Shown: positions 1-12,653, counted from the stretch's first letter. The stretch: 64,000 nucleotides of DNA from Craspedostauros australis (GCA_030167865.1 JALAGF010000485.1:1-64000), one strand, 5' to 3'. Translations and numbers: made by a program. The notes: generated by a model not told the origin, from the letters alone.

Positions 1-2685
1 ACGAGGATTACTAAGACGTTGGAATACCCCATGGAGGCAATCACTCTTACCCAACGGCAGTGGGACTTCATATACGCGCCGATTTGGACTAAGGCCCTTC
101 CCCGAGGGGGTGTGGCCCGGTCGTTCCCAAGAGCTGTGCTTTACGGGCCCAGGGCCCATGGGGGGATTGGGATGCGCAACCCCGCGGTTTGGCAGCTGTC
201 GGTGCAAATACAGTCGATGGCTCATGAGGTGAACACAGGCTCCATCACAGGCCGAATGATCCAGCTGTCGATCGAACAAACCAAGCTTGAGACCGCCGGA
301 GGCGGACCACTTTTCCAGCAAAGCTTTGCCGAATGCAAGGGCCACATCACGCCGACGTGGGTGACCCAAGTGTGGTCGAACGCCCAGCGCTTCGGTGTTT
401 CCATTGTGGAGACGGGGGTGTCAATCGAGAGACAACGAGTGGGAGATGTGTTCTTGCTGGACAGCTGGCGCTGTCAGGGGTATAGCTCCAAGCAGAAGGC
501 GGTGCTCAATGAATGCCGCATGCAACTGGGGGTGGTTACCCTTGCGGATATGGTGACAGCGGATGGTACCAGCATCATGCGACTGGCCTTTGACGGAGTT
601 CAGGCGGGAACCCAGGGATCCAGCGGGCGCCCTCGCGTGCCACGGAAGCTTACCCGCAAACACTGGCTGCTGTGGCAAGAGTGGATTGAAGGATTGACGG
701 AGGGCCGCCATCTGCGCTTACGACGACGAATGCAGGCGTGGCTGCGGGATGACAGGGGGTGGTTGTGGTGGCGACGGCCCAATGACGACGGTGTCGCATG
801 GCAGCGGTTGGACTCCGGCTTCCGAGTGTGGCGCAGGACGCAAGGTCGGAGGGCAAGAAGGGCGGAGTTCCAAGCCACCAACGAGGTGAGCGCACGCCTG
901 CCTACGCATGCCCGGCGCTCCTCCGTCCAGTGTGTGAACCCCCATGGGGTGGTGCTCGCAGTGGTAGAAACGCCACGAATAGGGGAGACAGTGCCAAATA
1001 CTCCGCGCGACAAGCCCGACGGTTCAAATCAAGCCTGGGAGCGGGACCAGGTGTCGGGCGATGCGTCAGACGCGGAACTGAGAGCGGCCATTCGCAGAGG
1101 GGATCTTATGGCGGTCAGTGATGGCTCGTTCAAGCGAGGATTTGGGACGTCGGCCTACGTCTTACACATCATGGACTCCGGGGTGCAGCGCACGGGGTGC
1201 AACGTAGTGCCAGGGGCAAGGGAAGTGCAGTCGGCGTACCGAAGTGAACTAGCTGGAGTGGCTGGGGTTCTGCGTGAGCTCGTGGAGCTGGAAAGGGGCG
1301 GCGACCTCGGACCAGGACCGGTAGTGATAGGGTTAGACGGGATGAAGGCGATGGAGAACAGCAGGGATGGAGTGGCACATGTGGGCAGGCCGTCGTTCGA
1401 TATGCTAGATCATATCAAGGCGCTGCGTCGGAGGTTGGCTGTGGCGGTGCGTTTCCGGTGGGTGCGAGGGCACCAGGACGACCAGTCGGAAGTGCTGGAT
1501 CAATGGGCGCTTCTCAATGTCCACTGCGATTCGGAGGCCAAAAAGTACTGGGACAAGATGCAGCACAAGACACCACCCCAGTGGCGCAGCGACGGCTCAT
1601 TTGCCTGGAAGTTGTACGTGGGAGACATGAAGTCGTCTTGGGCGGCCGCAGGCATACATGATGCAGTGGTAGGCGGGGCGGTTGAGACCTATTGGGACAA
1701 GAAAATGGGGCGAGTGCGACAGGACAGCGGCTCTATTGAGGCCCACGGGCGCCGAAGTGCATGTGCGAGAGCATCCTGGAAGCAGCGGCTGTTTGTGGCA
1801 AAGATGTCCACGGGCTTTATCGGGGTCGGCGTCAAGCTGAAGCAGTACGGCGCCGAAGAGCGGTGCCCGTGGTGTGGGCAGGCCGAGTCCGTTATGCATG
1901 TGGTCAGGTGTTCAGCTTCAGGAGGAGGCTGGGAGGAGTGCTTTCAACAGTACGTGGAGGAGTTGGAGACCATCGGTACGAGTGGTCCGCTTGTCAGCTT
2001 GGTCTACTCAAGTCTTCGGGGGTTCTGTGGCCGTGCTGTGAGGGAGGGCTTCCAGGAGGAGGTTCCTGTGCGATGGTGGCCCGTTCTCATGGGCTGGATA
2101 CCGCGAGATTGGTGTGAGCAGCAACAGAGGTGGTTCGTGGAGCACGGGTCGGGACGGCGTTTCTACACCGTGGAGTCCTGGGCCCGCGACGCGGTTCTGG
2201 CAGGTTGGCGCTTTGTGCACAGCATGTGGCGGTGTCGTAATCAGGCTAAGCAAGCGGAGGCGGCAGTCCTCGCCGCGATGAGTGCGCGACGTGAGGAGCT
2301 AGAGGAGGTCACGGAGAGACACAACGGTTTCAGTGGGTGGGAGGGGTGCGACTTGGCAGTGGCCGGGAGTGGTGCTGCACCTAGTCCGTTGGCGGGGGCT
2401 GACACGAGACGAGCATGGCTTCGGTTTGTGCGCGCAGTGCGTGCACGGGCCCCGGACAATGTCGCTGTGGAGGCGGCGGACTCCGGCGGCAGTGCGGTCG
2501 GCTCGAATCCACCAGATACGGGAGGGTCAGGCGAGTTTGCATGGTACAGCAGGGAGGACGATGGCGACTATCGGGGCATTGTGGTCGACGATACAGACGC
2601 CGAAGGCGCTCCAGCCCGAGCACAGGCCGCCTGCGGCGGCCTGTGCAGGGCAGAGCGCCTTCGGCTGGGCATGGTGGGCGATTGA
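1..2685 (+). CDS. Retrotransposon polyprotein, C-terminal part (RT thumb region, RNase H, C2HC finger); 5'-partial
   Basis: Uninterrupted frame of more than 890 codons carrying the RNase H acidic motifs and a Cx2Cx7Hx3C finger. The RT core lies upstream of the window. Confidence 0.85.
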   Translation, partial: TRITKTLEYPMEAITLTQRQWDFIYAPIWTKALPRGGVARSFPRAVLYGPRAHGGIGMRNPAVWQLSVQIQSMAHEVNTGSITGRMIQLSIEQTKLETAGGGPLFQQSFAECKGHITPTWVTQVWSNAQRFGVSIVETGVSIERQRVGDVFLLDSWRCQGYSSKQKAVLNECRMQLGVVTLADMVTADGTSIMRLAFDGVQAGTQGSSGRPRVPRKLTRKHWLLWQEWIEGLTEGRHLRLRRRMQAWLRDDRGWLWWRRPNDDGVAWQRLDSGFRVWRRTQGRRARRAEFQATNEVSARLPTHARRSSVQCVNPHGVVLAVVETPRIGETVPNTPRDKPDGSNQAWERDQVSGDASDAELRAAIRRGDLMAVSDGSFKRGFGTSAYVLHIMDSGVQRTGCNVVPGAREVQSAYRSELAGVAGVLRELVELERGGDLGPGPVVIGLDGMKAMENSRDGVAHVGRPSFDMLDHIKALRRRLAVAVRFRWVRGHQDDQSEVLDQWALLNVHCDSEAKKYWDKMQHKTPPQWRSDGSFAWKLYVGDMKSSWAAAGIHDAVVGGAVETYWDKKMGRVRQDSGSIEAHGRRSACARASWKQRLFVAKMSTGFIGVGVKLKQYGAEERCPWCGQAESVMHVVRCSASGGGWEECFQQYVEELETIGTSGPLVSLVYSSLRGFCGRAVREGFQEEVPVRWWPVLMGWIPRDWCEQQQRWFVEHGSGRRFYTVESWARDAVLAGWRFVHSMWRCRNQAKQAEAAVLAAMSARREELEEVTERHNGFSGWEGCDLAVAGSGAAPSPLAGADTRRAWLRFVRAVRARAPDNVAVEAADSGGSAVGSNPPDTGGSGEFAWYSREDDGDYRGIVVDDTDAEGAPARAQAACGGLCRAERLRLGMVGD

Positions 2686-3018
2686 GGTGACGCGCTTCCC
2701 GTGTCGGCACGTGAGTGGGCCCCAGCCCCAGCCGAAGACGATCGGGCCCGAACCCGGGCCGCCTCCGGCAGCTCGGGTGCAGGCCGATCGCCTTCGGCTG
2801 GGGCCGTGGGCCCGTAGCAAGGCGGCCGTTTGGCGGGGACGGGTCTCAGGTCCGGCGCCCTAGGCACGGTGGTCGTCTGGATTTAGTGAGTGGGCGTGGC
2901 AGGCGCTCTTGTTTGTAATGCTCGACCTGGCCGTGGCCGTGCGTCGCGGTCGGGCGAGCCTAAAGCCCTCGGGGCACCCCTTTCTTGGGTTAGTCATTGT
3001 GGTTATTATTATCATTGA
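1..3018 (+). mobile_element. Non-LTR retrotransposon (LINE, Ambal-like), 3' part; the window starts inside it
   Basis: Frame 1 is open from base 1 to TGA at 2685. The protein has a post-RT 'LYGPRAHGGIG' motif, RNase H motifs (VSDGS..SAYRSEL..GLDG..WVRGHQD..NVHCDSEAK) and the zinc finger CPWCGQAESVMHVVRC. A GC-rich structured 3' UTR ends near a short ATT tract at about 3003-3016. The exact 3' end is inferred. Confidence 0.85.
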
Positions 3019-3938
3019 GTCTTCTGGATGGCTGCGTCGCTGGTCCTCTCAGCCGGCTGCTTCGATCTTGCGGACGACATTGTGGAGGATCGTCTGCAGC
3101 ATGCGTCGTCGGCATCCTCATTGTGATATTGATAGAGAGCTATAATCGAGGCCTCCTTGAATGTAGTGGAGCAGAGTAGCGTAGAGTTGAGTTGAGCTGA
3201 GTAGAGTAGAGTATTGTACGAGAGTAGTCCTCTGCGGACAATCAACTGTGCGCAACGCACGAAAGACGATGGAAGAGTTCTTCTGCTTTGTACCTCCGTG
3301 ACTACATGGTTGTGCATGTGTTGGTGGGTGGTTGCTTCGTCACAGCACACCAACTGTGTGCCGTTGCTGTTCCTATCTTTGCTATTGATGTTGATGTTTG
3401 CGGATGACAGGAGCTGTCTCCTTCGCTATCTGTTGTTGTCCTTGTTGTTGTTGGTACTCGTATCTTGTTTGTTTATGCCTCTCTGCTGTGGGCTCTCGCA
3501 TCGTTTGTGTGGCGGTTGATCTTGGATTTGTTGCGTCTCAACTTCGCTCGCTCAGCACTTGACAACCTCTCTCGAGCGGCAATGACCACTGCGCAGCCAG
3601 TTGCCTTCAGCGACGCCCGTACAAGTAATGCACGAGTACTTGGCAGAGCAATGAGGAGGAGCAACTCTCAACACTCTCAACCCATCTCAACTTCTCTGCG
3701 AGATCGTATGTACTTAACCCTAAATGTATGCGAACCCAAGCGCTGCAACAAGAGTAGCTCGTGCCGCACTCGTTGTTCAACTGAATCTGTGTGAAACATA
3801 CTCGTATCAGTCTGGCAATCTGGACGAGCTAGCTGTATGGGACTATACACCACGAGTATCATGTTTTCTCTTTCGGCTACGCTCTACTAAACGTTAGAAG
3901 TGCATGACATGTCCGTACGTACGCACGGATAGTCTCCA

Positions 3939-5998
3939 CTACTCTCTATCGAAATGATCGACGTCCGGCAGCTGATAGTTGAAGATGCTCATCAAGTTCT
4001 TATCCACGTGCTCGTGGATGTACTCCAGATCCGATTTGCGAGAGTAGGAGGCATACCGCTTGGCCAGCGTCCCGTACTTGATGATGGCATCCAGAAATCC
4101 AGTTCGCGCCGAGCCGTGTGCGGTCTTGCCCTTCTTGGCGGAATCCTGGATGTACACGAACCTGCCATCCTTCCTCATGGCACCGCCGGCGCAGTGACAG
4201 ACCTGCTGCGTGACCTCCTTCGTGTGGAACAAAAGGTCCTCAAATCGCACGATCAGGCGGTCAAACTTGACATCCAGATACTCGTTGTAGAAGTCGTTCC
4301 AGTGATGCAGGACGGATTCGTGGTTTCGTTCGAACTGCGCGTATTGGATCCTCGCATCGAGAACTCTGTAATTGAAGTTGGGACAATCCTCGCGGCTGTG
4401 TCGCCAGTAGGTTGCGTACTCGTGCTTGCACATGCTGCCCAGCCACGTCAGTGGGTCTCGGACGGTCACGGCTGGAAGGATGTTGGTGGCATCGATGTCC
4501 TTGTCTTTGGAGGTCTTGTGCTCCTGTCTAAATTGCTCGTCACCAGGCGGCGTGTGTTTGCCCCTGAGGTTATTGTTTCGTTTTGTTATGTGATGTGGTG
4601 TGGTGGGTTTGGGTGTGGTGCGTTGCGAGATAAATGGTGGAGTTGAGGAGCAGCACCATGATTATGGTGTTACAAGTCGAGTAGAGTAGAGTGGAGCAGA
4701 GGATGCGAGCATTCAGGCAATTACCGATTCGAGGAATGGCGATGGCACAGCAATGGTTGGGTGAGATGAATGACAGGGTTGGTGAAAAAGGGATGAAAAT
4801 GAACATGAGCCTCAACGAAGACCTTGGTCGTGTGGAGGAACACGAAATGGTTTTATGCCAAGAGCAGATTTGCAGTATTTGATGAACAAACCACCTGGCA
4901 CATTTTCTGCCATTGTGAATTTGACGCAGCCTCGTCTCCAATTCAGTGCAATGTAATACAGCACAACGCTGTGTTGCTCTTCCTCGTGGCGCGATTGAAA
5001 ATCATCATGATCATGACCATGACCATGACAAGCATTGTTCCAACCTAAACCGCCGTTCATCAACCTCAAGCGTTGCGCTGGGCATTCATCCATCTCTCCA
5101 TACATCTCTCCGTACACCTCTCCATCCATCCCACAATCTATCGCCATCCAAAATGCTCGCGCACATGCACGTACCACGGAACCTGCCATCGAACGCCGCG
5201 ATTGATGGCACCGTACTTCTTCATGCGATCCGGCATGTGACAATTGCCAATGAGGAGTTCCGCCATGAGGTTGGTGCCCGTGTTGAATGTTCCAGCCGTG
5301 CTGACGAAATGGTCGGCCCTGTCGGAGTGATCCTGGAAGGGTTGGCAGCGATCCAGTCCGTAGATGACGGGCTTGTCGCCGTACAATCCAACAACTTCTT
5401 CCCATGTCGGCAATTCGTCGTAGAGCTCCTTGTCGTTTATCGGATCGACGTGGACGCCAGCCTCGGATAGCATCTTGAGAATTGGTCCCTTTTCTCCATC
5501 CACCACTTGTGATTTAGTCGAGTAGAGCTGTTGTTGATGGTGGTGCTGCTGCTGGTGCTGCTTCCGTTGATGTTTCTCCAGCAGTTGCGATGATGTCGAC
5601 GATGATGACGCTACACCAGCCACGTCGTTCCCAAGTGAACCATTCTGTCTCGCTTCATTGTTCGTCATCACTGATACATCTGCGATGCTCGAATAGGCGT
5701 CCAGTCTGCTGAAAATGTACACCACGTTGACGAGACAGAAGAGCAGCCCGATGGTCAGCACCGTCCAAATGGCAGACCCTCCACCTTGTCCACCACTACC
5801 GCCGCCACCGCTGCTGCTGCTGCCGCCGCTACTTGAACCATGGTTGGACGAGCTCTTCTGCTTGTCCCGGCGCCGTTGCTGTGACTCCTGCTTGCGCTGC
5901 CTTCGCTTCCGACGTTCCTCCCGAGCCCCGGCGGCGTTGGCTATTTCATTGGTGAAAGTCTTGCTGGGCAAGTCGTCCATCTCGCTGCTTGCCAACAT
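3939..5998 (-). CDS. Type II membrane sulfotransferase-like protein (diatom family), 2 exons
   Basis: Exons ~5998-5175 and 4563-3939. The GT-AG intron 5174-4564 joins TG|G to give WQVPWGKHTPP. One TM helix (IWTVLTIGLLFCLVNVVYIF), a PAPS-loop-like AGTFNTGTN, and VRDPLTW and VRFEDL motifs. The start codon is uncertain. Confidence 0.75.
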
Positions 5999-6936
5999 GC
6001 CTCGGTATTGCACTTGCTGAGGTTGCACAGGCAGAGGATGCAGGTACGGATGCCTTGTGTGTGAGTACTTCTCGGATGGTCAATGCGAGGGACGGTCAAA
6101 CAATGTTCACCATCATTGGTCACAGCCAACAACCGAGAATGCTCCATGCCTGCCTGCCTCCCGGTCCGCACCAACATCACCACAAAGAGGCAAAGACGAG
6201 GCAACAGCGCGATGTGATGAGGACGCAACGGTCATTTCTTGTCATGGTCGTGCTTGTTTGGCATCGTTGTTTGTGATTGTTCGTTCCGAATTCGATTCAT
6301 TCGAGTACGTTGCGGTGAAAGCCATCCGTCCGTCCAACCACCCGTCCGCCAGTCAGAAACGTTGGACAGAAATACCTCTCTGTTTGGATCGTGGTGTTGT
6401 GGTTGCGATTGGCCGCACAACGATCTTGTTGGATGCGATCGTTGCTGTCGCCACACGGATACTCGTTGGAGGCGGAACCTTGACGAACGCCCAGGGCGCA
6501 CATCGACGTCCACACGCCAACACACAAAGAGATAGAGAGCAAAGTCCACGCTCACAACTGCAAACCGGAGATAGCCAATGGAGGGAAGTGATGATTTCCC
6601 GAACTAGAGTGCTCTACTCCACTCTCCCACCAACATCTGAGCGACCTTTCAATTTGCACATTCACCGATTTAACTTGCGCTTGGACGAGTGTTTGCACAG
6701 CGTCACTTCCAACCGCATCAACTAATACATCTGCATGTGGATATGCAACTTCACTTCTCCCCACAACGCAGGCACGCATCGAAACGAACTTCCAACCAGC
6801 CATCACCAATACTCGTGCCATGCGTCGCGTTCTCCTCCTCGGCGCGCTAGCAAGGGGAAAGATGATGATGTCATCAATGGCGTCACTAACAACCTTCGTG
6901 AACCCCGTGATGAGATTCAGCGTCCCACGCCCGTGA

Positions 6937-8859
6937 TTGTCACAAGCCTCGTTCTTGCCATTGGTGTCTACTTCGCCAGCTCAACACCAGCAGCAACGGC
7001 AGTGGCCCGATTCTCGTATGTTTTCGGACCTCAGAAACGGCGAAGTCCCATTCGACATAGACAACTACAAGGATCTCTTCAGCGACGGAAACTGCTGGAA
7101 TCCCAACTTCGGGGACGCAGTAGTTATGAAACTTCTTGATGAGAGAGTGTTTGAAGAAGGGCAGTCTGCAGGTGAGCTTTGGGAATCGTTGGTCAATGCA
7201 CGAAAGGATATCATTACGTTCGCCAGGACGAAGAGCAGTCGTGCTGCGTATGGTGTGCAAATCTATGCAGAACTTTGGGGACAGAATGACGGATGCAAAC
7301 AGGCCCATCCTCCAATGGATCGCTAATGGAGATAAAGGCGGCAAAGATCAAGCAAAGGATGTTGTCAACAAGATTCCTGGAAGACCCACCAAGAAGTCTC
7401 GACGACTCCATCCAAAGGAGACTCGGCAAAGTGCCCGGTAGAAAGGCCAAGAAGCTTTTGCATGGAGTAGCGCTCAACTACGGAATCACCTTTTCCTCAA
7501 AGAATCGCCTAAGTCGGAGGACGAAAAGAACGAGGATAGACATGACCGAGTCGCTCATTTGAATACGCCTATGTACTGTCTCATCCAATCTTTTGGAATC
7601 GTGACACCGGAACAGTTTCCATTGAAGAAATCAGATGGTGACTAAGACACAATCACGGCCAAGCAACAGAATCAACTGGAGCGACCATTCAAGATCAACG
7701 AAGCGATGCAGCTTCTGTGCATCTGGATTCTCCAAGGTGGCGAGAAGTGCACGAATCTCGAAGCTGTGTTTGGCACGACCCCATTTGCCTTCAAGGTGCC
7801 GTCGACTCAACTCGTGAGTTGAGCCATTTCAGCAGCCGCATCCATTTCCCCAACCAAACGTGAGGACGTCAAACAAATCTTGCCAGAGGTTCTCAAGATG
7901 TTCCCAAGACAACGCAAGGACACAACGGATGGTTCAGAGTTCCTGAAGGCGGATGTCAAGGAAGCGTTGGATGGTCTGGAGGGTGTGTTCCCTATCCCGG
8001 AGAATGTGACCTCACCTTGGGTGGCATTAATCATCACGAGTCCCAGATAGAGCTCTTCAATCGGAGGAAGGAGAGTACAAGGGGGAAACGGAGAATGGCA
8101 GCGATGAGTGGAATGAGTTGAAAACGATGCAGGTCACAGGAGGAGAAGCTGATTTGGCTCTGTCTGACCTGGATCACAGGATAGGCTTCAACCTTGAACC
8201 TGCCTCAAAGGTAAACGAAGAAATGCTCCATAATGGACAAAGATCTGTTACGAGCATTGTCCCAGCTGAGGCAGAACAAATCAGCTGAGAGAAGAACCTT
8301 CTGTCCGCCCCTCGCAAGTGTGACTGACGGCAAGAGCAACTTGGCAGGTGGGTATGTCTCATTCATCGGGACGATGTGAGATGCGGCCAAGGAAGAGTAC
8401 TTGGACCGCAAACTGTACACAATCTGCATCCAGGCCAAGAATCACCTCGCGTGTTCTGATATTGACGATGATAACATCTCCAATACCAACGACAGGTTGT
8501 TTCATGAACTTCTCGACACTCCCTTTGGGACAGATCGTGTATCCTGCGTGGCAAGCATGGAGCACGAGTTGACGCTGAGAGTGGAGACTGACGAAGAGAA
8601 TGCCGCTCATTATCTCGGGTGCCCTACGGATAAACGATCAATGTTGAGTGGGATGATGCAGGCGCTTGAGCTCGTCGTGACCCACATTCAGAGCAACACA
8701 AACTCACTATGGCACTCAAATACGACGTTCAGCTTGATGACGACACCAACGACTAGAAGATCATCCCCTGGTGCAGGTGGATTGGAAAATGTGGGCGTCG
8801 TCCATCGTGATGACGACACCAGCAACGAAAGCAGCGACACGCAGGACGGAAGTAAATAG
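6937..8859 (+). pseudogene. Decayed coding relic of unknown family
   Basis: Protein-like translation continues across an apparent frameshift (~7290) and in-frame stops at 7439 (TAG), 7643 (TAA), 7820 (TGA) and 8048 (TAG), then into the 8281-8859 frame (one TGA; ICIQAKNH). Confidence 0.5.
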
Positions 8860-9511
8860 TTAATCGATGAATAGCCGTGCATGTTGTACGAGAGTCCTCC
8901 AGTATGCAATAGTGGAGTACTAATACGTCTGTGCATGTGCATACATACATGCATATCCGTCGATTCCGTCCTGACCTGAGAGCGTCGCGTCGCCATTGAT
9001 GTCAATGGATTGCCTTCCTTGTCTCACGCTCCTGGCAGAACTCATGGTGGCAACTTCATTGGTCAGCAACGGTAGCAACAAGAGGAGTGCACCAATGAGG
9101 AGCTGCATTGGAGACAAAGTACCTATGATTTGAAAGAAGGAAAGCCAGCCAAGGTGAAAGGTGATGGCCTGTAGGTCGTACCATACTATCCACGTGCTAT
9201 GAGTGCTCTGTGCGAAACAAACACACCAAGAAACCGCAGATAGGCAAATCGCACGAAGCCAGATGGGCGGATGGGCGGATGGACAGACATTTGGCCGCGG
9301 TATCCACGATGCAACACAAAGCGCCACACAACATCCCCACGCAAACACAGACGCGCAACCAAAAGCACCAAACCGCGAACCCACGCGAGGCAACACACAT
9401 CCAATACTCGACGAGCTCATAGATCGTCCCCTGCCCTGCTCTACTCTGCTCTACTCTACTCTACTCAATTCGACTCTTCTATTCCACGGACTAATCGATT
9501 GCACAACAAAG

Positions 9512-10721
9512 ATGAGCAGCGAGATCACGTCTCGTCACAAGAAGGAAATCAAGGCGCTGGAGGGCGAGAAGCGCGCTGCTCTGAAGAAAGCCAAGGGAAC
9601 GAAGGGCAAGAAGGCCAAGGAGGCCATCGCAGCATTGGACAAGGAGTACGAGCAAAAGCTCAAGGACCTACAGGTCAAGCACAAGAAGGAGCTGGAAGAT
9701 GCTACCGCTGATGACGAATCGCCGCCGCAGGCTGCAAGTGCAGAAGATGATGCCGCAGCCACCACCACGCCGGATGATGGAATGACGGAGAAGGAACGCA
9801 AACAGGCCAAGGCGCGCGAAAAGAAGCTGCGAAAGAAGCAGCGAGAGGCGGAGCGTCAGGCCCAGATTGAGGAGGAGACGGCCAACGCCGGTCCTGGTCT
9901 GAAGCAGATTGAAGAGCAGCAGATCCAGGCCATCCTGTCTCCGCTCGGCATGGAGATCGTCGACGTGACAGCGGACGGCCATTGTCTGTACAGAGCCGTT
10001 GGTGCCCAGACCCAACAATCGTACTCCGACATTCGTAAGTGACGCATCCTTGATAGAGTAGCGCGGTGTTCTGCTCTACTGGTCCGAGCAGACCAGTCGG
10101 GATGTGCCGCATTCAACCCCGCAACTGGTGTCGCCACCTTTGCCATGCGTTGTGTGTTGTGCGTTGTGTTTCCGAATCTCTGCACACCAGCAGCGTCGGC
10201 AGCTCCGATTCAGATGTCTTCCATTGCTTGACAAATGCACATACTCGCCTCAACTGTCTCATGGCTGCATCTCCATCGGTCGACATCCTTGATCACTTTG
10301 TCTCGCACATGGACGCCCTGGTGTTTTGCACGAACGATCACCTATTCTGCATGGTGCGCTCCAATTTACTTCGCTCTACATCTTTGCAACAGGCAACATC
10401 TGCGCGGATGTGCTGTCGACCAACCACGACGAGTTTGCACCATTTTGTGAATTCACCGACGCCATTCCAGACTTTGATCGCTACATCGAGACGGTGCGCA
10501 ACACGGCGGAATGGGGCGGACATCTCGAACTCAGGGCGCTTGGCATGGGATTGAAGCGGACGATCGAAGTGTACTCCGTGCAATCGGGGAGCAAGCCATT
10601 GATCATTGAACCTCCGCCTTCGGACGGTGCTCCTGCGAACAACGACCCGATTCGATTATCCTACCACATGCACTACTACGCGCTTGGCGAGCATTACAAC
10701 CAGATCGTCCAATCGAAGTGA
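9512..10721 (+). CDS. OTUD6B: OTU-domain deubiquitinase, OTUD6B/Otu2-like, 2 exons
   Basis: Exons 9512-10034 and 10393-10721; a phase-1 GTAAGT...CAG intron gives SDIRNICAD. Coiled-coil N-terminus (RHKKEIKAL), Cys box ADGHCLYRAV, EWGGHLEL, His box YYALGEHYN. Confidence 0.9.
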
Positions 10722-11495
10722 GTTGAGCTGAGTTGAACTTGGCAACGACTTCGTGTAGACGATCGTATAGTACCCACGTGACGGTAGACCACAGCTGCAA
10801 TTCAAGTAGAACAAGGCATCGCCTATTACAGTACGTTTAGCATAATATGATGCTCTACTCATGGTTGCTCCCCTCTTTCAATTTCCAAGCACAGGGCACA
10901 TCCATCGTGTAGCTCGTACCATACGGTACATGGATTTGCCTGGATGCAATCCCATATTAGGCTATCTGCACGAGTGTAGAGACCCCTTGTTTTTGGGATT
11001 TTCACGTCCATGTGATACACATGCATGTGATTTCAATCGTGCGAGATGCCTGCACCGTTCTGTCACGCTTTTCTGAAAAAGCAGAATATGTTCGCTATTA
11101 TGTCGTATGCGACATATAACCCATGGTAGTATTAATCGCAAATGTTCGCCCTTGTCTAAGTGACGAGAATTTGAGCGATGGTCGGTGTTGTTGGTGTCAC
11201 AACCATTGCCGATCCGATGAAACTGCCATTCTCCCACCAACAACCATCCTGTGACAGCGTCGCAACAACATCAACATCAACATCAAGAGGACAAGTTCGC
11301 ACCACCTCGTTCCATCACAAAGTGTGACAACACAACACAATTCCCGTTCCGATCAATTTGCAGAAAGACAACGAGGAAGAGACAAGCGCTGAGCGAAACC
11401 AGTTCCAACACAAGCCAATCAAGCGAGAAAGAGGCATCAGCACCACGCCCCAACCACGGCATTCTCAGCTACAACCAAATCAGAAGCGACGGACG

Positions 11496-12653
11496 ATGGG
11501 CGTGCTTGGCGGACTCTTCAAAAGCTCCAATGTGCGCATCGCGGGACCCATCGATCCTGGAGAGGGTCGCGACAAGGAATCCACATACGAATGCGACTAC
11601 GACCGCAACGCCATCCCGCTGTACCAGGCCATGGAGAATGGGGCGTGGATTCCAACTCTCGAATTCTTCGAGACGGGGAACTGGTCCTCCTCCGTCTTCA
11701 GCTCGATCTTCGGCGTGTCGGATCCGCTGCCACCGGCACGGCAGGCCCGCACCTGGGTGACGCGCTTCGATACTGACGGTGAAACCGTGCGCTGGTCCCA
11801 GCTCCCGATCCACGCCGCTCTCACCTTCCACGCCCCGTTCAAGATCATCGAGCATCTGCTCATGCTGTATCCTGCCAGCGTGCGATGCACCAACGACGAG
11901 CACATGCTGCCGCTCCACATCGCCCTGAAGCACGGCGCCACCGACAACGTGGTGCGCATGCTGTGCAATTACTTCCCCGAGGCCGTCCGGCAGCGCGATC
12001 GCAAGGGCCGCATTCCCACGGACCTGTTGGGGAACACCACCGATCGTGATGTGATCCTGAAGACCATCGTAAGTCAGCTCAAGCGCGACAGCGAAAAGAA
12101 GAAGACGGCGGAGGTGAAGGAGGTCCGATCGCAGTACCAGCGCAAGCAGGCGCAGGCCAGGGAGTATCAGGATCGGTGCGACGAGATGCAGCAGGAGATG
12201 CGAAGGATGCGTCAGGAGTGCATGGATCTGAAGCGCGAGCTGCAGCACACGAAGGCCAGCCTGTGGGAGGCACGAGATGCGCAGCCGGAGCGCAGGGATC
12301 CGCCCCCGACGCCCACCGCGAGCAATCGGTCCGACGCGGCCGGCAATCACACGAAATTCGCGCATGGTGCCGAACGCGTGCAGCCGAAGAAGAAGACGCA
12401 CCAGTCGGAGGATCAGACCGTGACGACAAAGTCCAGCAAGGGCAGCTCCCACTCGGATGTTAGCAACCACTCCAGCAAGTCCAACTCCAAATCATCCTCC
12501 CGCAGCAGTTCCAGATCGAAGGCCAAGGCCTCCCCGAAGGCGAAGGGAATCGTGAGCAACAGCCGATCATCCACGAAAGGAACGGCACTTGCCGGCAAGC
12601 CGCCGCGGCCGCGAGGTCTGTCGCGTGGATTGTTCAAGCGCTCACCCGAGTAA
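11496..12653 (+). CDS. Diatom-type ankyrin-repeat plus coiled-coil protein (paralog 1)
   Basis: ECDYDRNAIPLY..TWV..RWSQLPIHAA..DEHMLPLHIA..RDRKGRIP, followed by a coiled coil and an S/K-rich tail. First ATG at 11496 (MGVLGG). Confidence 0.85.
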   Translation: MGVLGGLFKSSNVRIAGPIDPGEGRDKESTYECDYDRNAIPLYQAMENGAWIPTLEFFETGNWSSSVFSSIFGVSDPLPPARQARTWVTRFDTDGETVRWSQLPIHAALTFHAPFKIIEHLLMLYPASVRCTNDEHMLPLHIALKHGATDNVVRMLCNYFPEAVRQRDRKGRIPTDLLGNTTDRDVILKTIVSQLKRDSEKKKTAEVKEVRSQYQRKQAQAREYQDRCDEMQQEMRRMRQECMDLKRELQHTKASLWEARDAQPERRDPPPTPTASNRSDAAGNHTKFAHGAERVQPKKKTHQSEDQTVTTKSSKGSSHSDVSNHSSKSNSKSSSRSSSRSKAKASPKAKGIVSNSRSSTKGTALAGKPPRPRGLSRGLFKRSPE

